This document shows positions 63,097-64,000 of a stretch of 64,000 bases of DNA, in pieces. The position numbers and the translations under genes are program-made. The notes under the pieces were generated by a model that had not been told where the DNA came from, searched no databases, and saw nothing but the letters and a program-made list of their open reading frames with translations. This stretch comes from Nitrospirota bacterium (GTDB lineage: Bacteria > Nitrospirota > Thermodesulfovibrionia > Thermodesulfovibrionales > Dissulfurispiraceae), in assembly GCA_963790025.1 (NCBI GenBank), contig CAWBMP010000005.1:448001-512000 (forward strand), read 5' to 3'. Within the stretch, counting starts at the first letter, position 1. Each line of letters starts with the position of its first letter.

Positions 63097-64000
63097 TTAT
63101 TCCACCAGCACGAGATCGATCAATTCGTTAATCGCATCGGCAAAGTGAATGTCAACGCCGTTTGTCACCTCTACTGACAGATCGGCAACTTCGGCTTTGT
63201 TGCGGGCAGGGAGAACGACAGCTTTTACGCCGGCCCTTTTTGCGGCAAGGATTTTTTCTTTAATGCCCCGGACCGGCAAAATCCTTCCGGTCAACGTAAT
63301 TTCTCCGGTCATGGCTACATCGCGTCTTGCCGGTTTTTTGGTCAGAAGCGAGAAGATTGCCATGGCTATGGTTATTCCGGCAGAAGGCCCGTCCTTCTGG
63401 ATGGCCCCGGAAGGCACGTGGATATGAATATCATGATTCTCGAAGAAATCCTCCGGTATGCCGTAGGCTGCGGCATGACTTCGTATGAAACTCAGTGCGG
63501 CCTGGGCAGACTCTCTCATGACTTCACCCAGTGAGCCTGTCATGATAAGCTCATTCTTACCTTTCATGGCAACTGCTTCTATAAAGATTATATCGCCGCC
63601 TACCTGGGTGAGTACGAGCCCAGTAGTGACCCCGATTTTGTCTTTCTCGCCCGCAACCTCGAAGTAATGATGTCTCTGTCCGAGATATCGCTCTACATCA
63701 CCAGTTGTAACGGTGACGGAATTCGGCTTCGCTTCTGTTGGACCTGAGCACTGCACTATGTCCCTTGCTATTCTACGGCATACGGTAGCAATTTCCCTTT
63801 GGAGGTTCCTCGTGCCGGCCTCATGCGTGTAGTTGTCCACAATGCAGGCGACCGCGTCTTCTGTAAACACTACAGGAGCGCTTTCAATGCCCTTTTCCCT
63901 GATCTGCCTCGGGATAATGAACTGTGAGGCGATCCGGATTTTTTCCTCCCGGGTAAAGCCGGTGAATTCGAGCACCTCCATCCGGTCCATTAGCGGGCCC
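63097..64000 (-). CDS. lon: Lon protease, C-terminal part (runs off window)
   Basis: [50 protein letters not shown]. Confidence 0.96.
   Translation of the reverse strand, partial: GPLMDRMEVLEFTGFTREEKIRIASQFIIPRQIREKGIESAPVVFTEDAVACIVDNYTHEAGTRNLQREIATVCRRIARDIVQCSGPTEAKPNSVTVTTGDVERYLGQRHHYFEVAGEKDKIGVTTGLVLTQVGGDIIFIEAVAMKGKNELIMTGSLGEVMRESAQAALSFIRSHAAAYGIPEDFFENHDIHIHVPSGAIQKDGPSAGITIAMAIFSLLTKKPARRDVAMTGEITLTGRILPVRGIKEKILAAKRAGVKAVVLPARNKAEVADLSVEVTNGVDIHFADAINELIDLVLVE

Overview
Bacterial chromosomal window; the housekeeping proteins and gene content suggest an anaerobic Nitrospirota/deltaproteobacteria-like organism (inference, not verified). Core genes are secG, tpiA, lysS, lolC/E, lolD, thrS-infC-rpmI-rplT-pheS-pheT and a partial lon. 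Accessory blocks lie between them: a type III PKS-cupredoxin pair; an OprB-type porin, an OmpR-type two-component system and two back-to-back heavy-metal RND pumps (one with clustered frameshifts); a CZB chemoreceptor; a doubled GntR-TauE/SafE locus; and about 20 kb of detoxification enzymes, Y1/RAYT transposase relics, low-GC orphan genes and signalling genes. That last block is bracketed by two reciprocally decayed copies of one kinase/NtrC-type locus. No rRNA, tRNA or CRISPR array was seen. The most unusual signals are: (1) about eight intergenic palindromes built from different 6-9-nt tandem units but sharing one architecture, one of which supplies the stop, SD, start and signal peptide at a gene junction; (2) a primase C-terminal (PriCT-1)-like domain at the N-terminus of the porin; (3) a shared 11-bp-period box in three promoters; (4) non-AUG starts on both thrS (ATT) and infC (ATA), plus many apparently leaderless genes. 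All domain calls are by motif recognition only; no searches were run.
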